From the NCBI GenBank assembly GCA_002269645.1, contig NIVC01001511.1:248001-312000 (forward strand): a DNA stretch of 64,000 nucleotides. The letters run 5' to 3'. Shown one piece after another: positions 61,624-64,000 of this stretch (within the stretch, counting starts at the first letter, position 1; each line of letters starts with the position of its first letter). The translations under genes were made by a program, and so were the position numbers. The stretch is from Macrostomum lignano (Eukaryota). Under the pieces are notes generated by a model, which saw nothing but the letters and a program-made list of their open reading frames with translations, was not told the origin of the DNA and made no database searches.

Positions 61624-64000
61624 CTGTTATGACTTCTTCTCTAGCGGAAGACAGTGAGTCAAGATCAACAAGGTCAACTTAAAAGTTGCACTCTTAGCAG
61701 AGCGTCTTATTTCATGTTCGTAACTTTTTTTTATTTTCCAAGCTTGAAGCATCGCTTCTTTAGCTTATGGCTGGGTGTGTGTGCGACGGAGTCGTCTATG
61801 GCCACACCCAACAGCTCTTTTCAAGTCATTGGAATCGATCGGTTGCGCGTTATCCTATTCTGGAACGCGGCATCATCTGCTCCTTGAAATTCGGAAGTGG
61901 GCAGTCTGGATAAGGCATCCGCATTCTCGTGGTCTTCCGTTCGTCAGTACCGAATTTCAAAGCTGTAGGCTGAAAGAATTACTGCCCATCTTTGTAAACG
62001 GCTGGCGGCAATCCTGGGTATGTTGTTCTTAGGCCCAAAAATCGTGACCAGAGGCTTATGGTCAGTTACCAGGATAAACTGGCGCCCATAGAGATATTGA
62101 TGAAATTTCTTTACCGCGAACACGATGGCTAAACCTTTCTTTTCAATCTGAGAGTAGTTCCGCTCCGCTTTAGACAAACTTCGAGATGCATAGCATATAG
62201 GCTTCTCTTCCGAGTCTTTAAGTATGTGTGACAGAACAGCATCTACTCCATAGCATGATGCGTCGGTCTGTAGTACGAGTGGCTTGCTGGGGTCATAATG
62301 CGTTAGGACCTCATCAGAGCTCAGCATAGCTTTGCATGCTTTAAATGCCTCCTGGCATTCATCAGTCCATTGAAAGTCGACACCTTTCTGAAGCATTTCA
62401 GATTTCGAATTAATTTCCGATAGTAGTTTACTAGACAACCAGCGAACGCACTTCGGCAGTGTTGCTTGGTAAGGAGCATCAACGATGTCTTTAGTTATTT
62501 TGGGAGACTGACGAACTCCTGTGGCATCAATGATGTGACCTAGAAATTCGATACTCGGCATCATAAACTGGCACTTCGATCGATTGAGTCGAATGCCAGA
62601 ATCTTGCAGTCTCTTTAGCACGTCCCTGAGCAATTTATTGTGATCTTCGACTGTCGATGCCTTTAAGACGATGTCGTCAATAAAACAGACGGCGTCCAGA
62701 CCCTGAAGTATCTTGCCATTGCCTCTTGAAATTGAGCAGATGAACTCGCTAGTCCCATGACCAGCCTGTTGTACTCGAATAAGCCCAGGTGTGTATTGAT
62801 AGTTGTATATTTCCGGCACTCTTCTTGCAGTTCGAGTTGTAGGAACGCTTGAGATATATCGAGCTTGCTGAATAGCTTTCCTCCGCTTAGTTTTACAAAC
62901 AGCTCCTCCGGCCTGCTCACTGGGTAAATGTCCACTTCCAAGGCGGGATTGATTGTTCTTTTGAAATCAGCGCAGATGCGAATCGATTTCCCATCCTTCT
63001 TCAGAACTGGCACTATTGGACTCGCATATTCGGAAGCTTTTACCCGTCTAATTATTCCTTGGCTCTCCAAGCTTTTTAGCTCCTGCTAAAATGCAGGCTG
63101 CAGAGCGAAGGGCACCGGTCGTGACTTGCAGAATTTTGGCAGTGAACCTTCCTTTAGATGAAGCTTGGCCGTTAATTGCTATATTTACCTAGACCATCGG
63201 TGAATAATTCACTGTGCTCTTGCAGAATTTTACTCAACTCTTGAGACACATCCACCAGGAGAGTTTCCGACTGTGTACTGCAGCCGGCGCTTCCTGCGTA
63301 TTTCCCAGCGAGATTCCCGAGTTGCGTTATCCAATCGCAGCCCAACAAATTCTGTCTTCTGCCGTCGACAATCACCACATCAAGCTCAATGGCAGTGCCA
63401 TTTTCCAGTGCTTGCACGGTGGCTTCTCCAAGCAGGGGAATCTTTTCACCGGAGTACGAAGTGAGAATCAGGGTCGTGCCCTTCGGTTCACTCCGAGTTG
63501 CTCAGCTGTTTGTTTGTTAATAATTGTACGTTCGGCGCCAGTGTCTACCTCAAATGTCACCTTCTTGTTGTTTATTTGCAGAGTTTCCAAGAAAGTATTG
63601 AATCCTTTCTTTTTAGCGCTAGCTATTTTCGCTGAGCTGGCATCCTGCTGATTATCCTGCTGATGGCAACGTTATTAATGTTTGAGAAGTCGGGCGACTC
63701 CGCACTGCTGCCTTGGCCTCGATTTGCGCTCACGTATTTCACCCTTCTTGTGCCTTGGCCCAATCTTGCTTTGTAATTTCTCCTCTGACCATTCTGTCTG
63801 GCTCTGTGAGCTTCTGTCGACTGCTGAGTTCTGCATGCCTTCTCCAGGTGTCCCGGTTTGTTGCACTTCTTGCAGACGTAAGATCGATGTAGGCAGCTTC
63901 TTGCCCAGTGACCCATCGCTAAGCATCGGTAGCATCTGTCATGAGCAGAGTCTTTTGAGCTTTTTGGCCTGACTTCCTTGACTGAGTTGGCTTGAGCTCC

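Larger units (their letters stand above)
57411..61813 (-). mobile_element. Nested full-length Gypsy element 2 (Mag-like), very recent
   Basis: LTRs 57411-57600 and 61625-61813 differ only by one T in a T run; TSD GCTCT (57406-57410 and 61814-61818); PBS and PPT present. Confidence 0.98.
51107..64000 (-). mobile_element. Old, decayed Gypsy LTR retrotransposon hosting two nested insertions; continues beyond window
   Basis: Minus strand: two zinc knuckles (about 63940-63820), protease (VDTGA-like near 63545), RT (SPIVPVLKKDG..RICADFK, CFIDD), RNase H (QTDAS, EKKGLA, TDHKPL; 62400-61990), integrase H-H (57260-57170), C-C and core (DNGSQF, NGQAER; 52500-52000). Possible PPT and 3' LTR start at 51389; LTR far end near 51107 is uncertain. 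Confidence 0.9.

Noticed and set aside
61609-61627. Satellite A tail AGTGGCGTCAAGCA resembles the Gypsy PBS AGTGGCGTCGCAAGCA
   Set aside because: Only 14 matching bases with a 2-nt gap and no flanking similarity; likely chance.

Overview
Eukaryotic (animal) genomic DNA dominated by repeats. Spliced GT-AG genes, TTAGGG telomere-type repeat and the mix of Polinton, Penelope, RTE, mariner, DIRS and Gypsy elements would fit an invertebrate such as a free-living flatworm, but the species cannot be determined from the sequence. Layout: (1) 1-1.5 kb, right end of a Polinton/Maverick-like element with a penton gene carrying an in-frame stop. (2) 2.0-14.6 kb, one multi-exon host gene on the minus strand (ERICH6/FAM194-like). 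Its last intron holds a Penelope fragment with a hammerhead ribozyme and a telomeric tract; its first coding intron holds a mariner with an intact transposase. (3) 15.9-18.2 kb, MITEs and a 5'-inverted RTE-like fragment. (4) 19.5-22.3 kb, a near-perfect 2.8-kb foldback palindrome. (5) 22.3-48.6 kb, directly abutting it, a 26-kb giant inverted repeat. Its 3.9-kb outer arms end in stem-loops and lead into two inverted arrays of a 30-bp two-variant satellite (about 2.9 kb and 14.3 kb) around a 1.3-kb spacer. (6) 48.6-64 kb, retroelement remains and an old Gypsy element holding two nested full-length Gypsy insertions: one recent with an intact 1305-aa ORF, one decayed whose PBS has been replaced by a perfect hairpin. 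The long ORFs called between 26 and 45 kb are satellite translations, not supported genes. All coordinates and counts were read by eye; no alignments or database searches were run.
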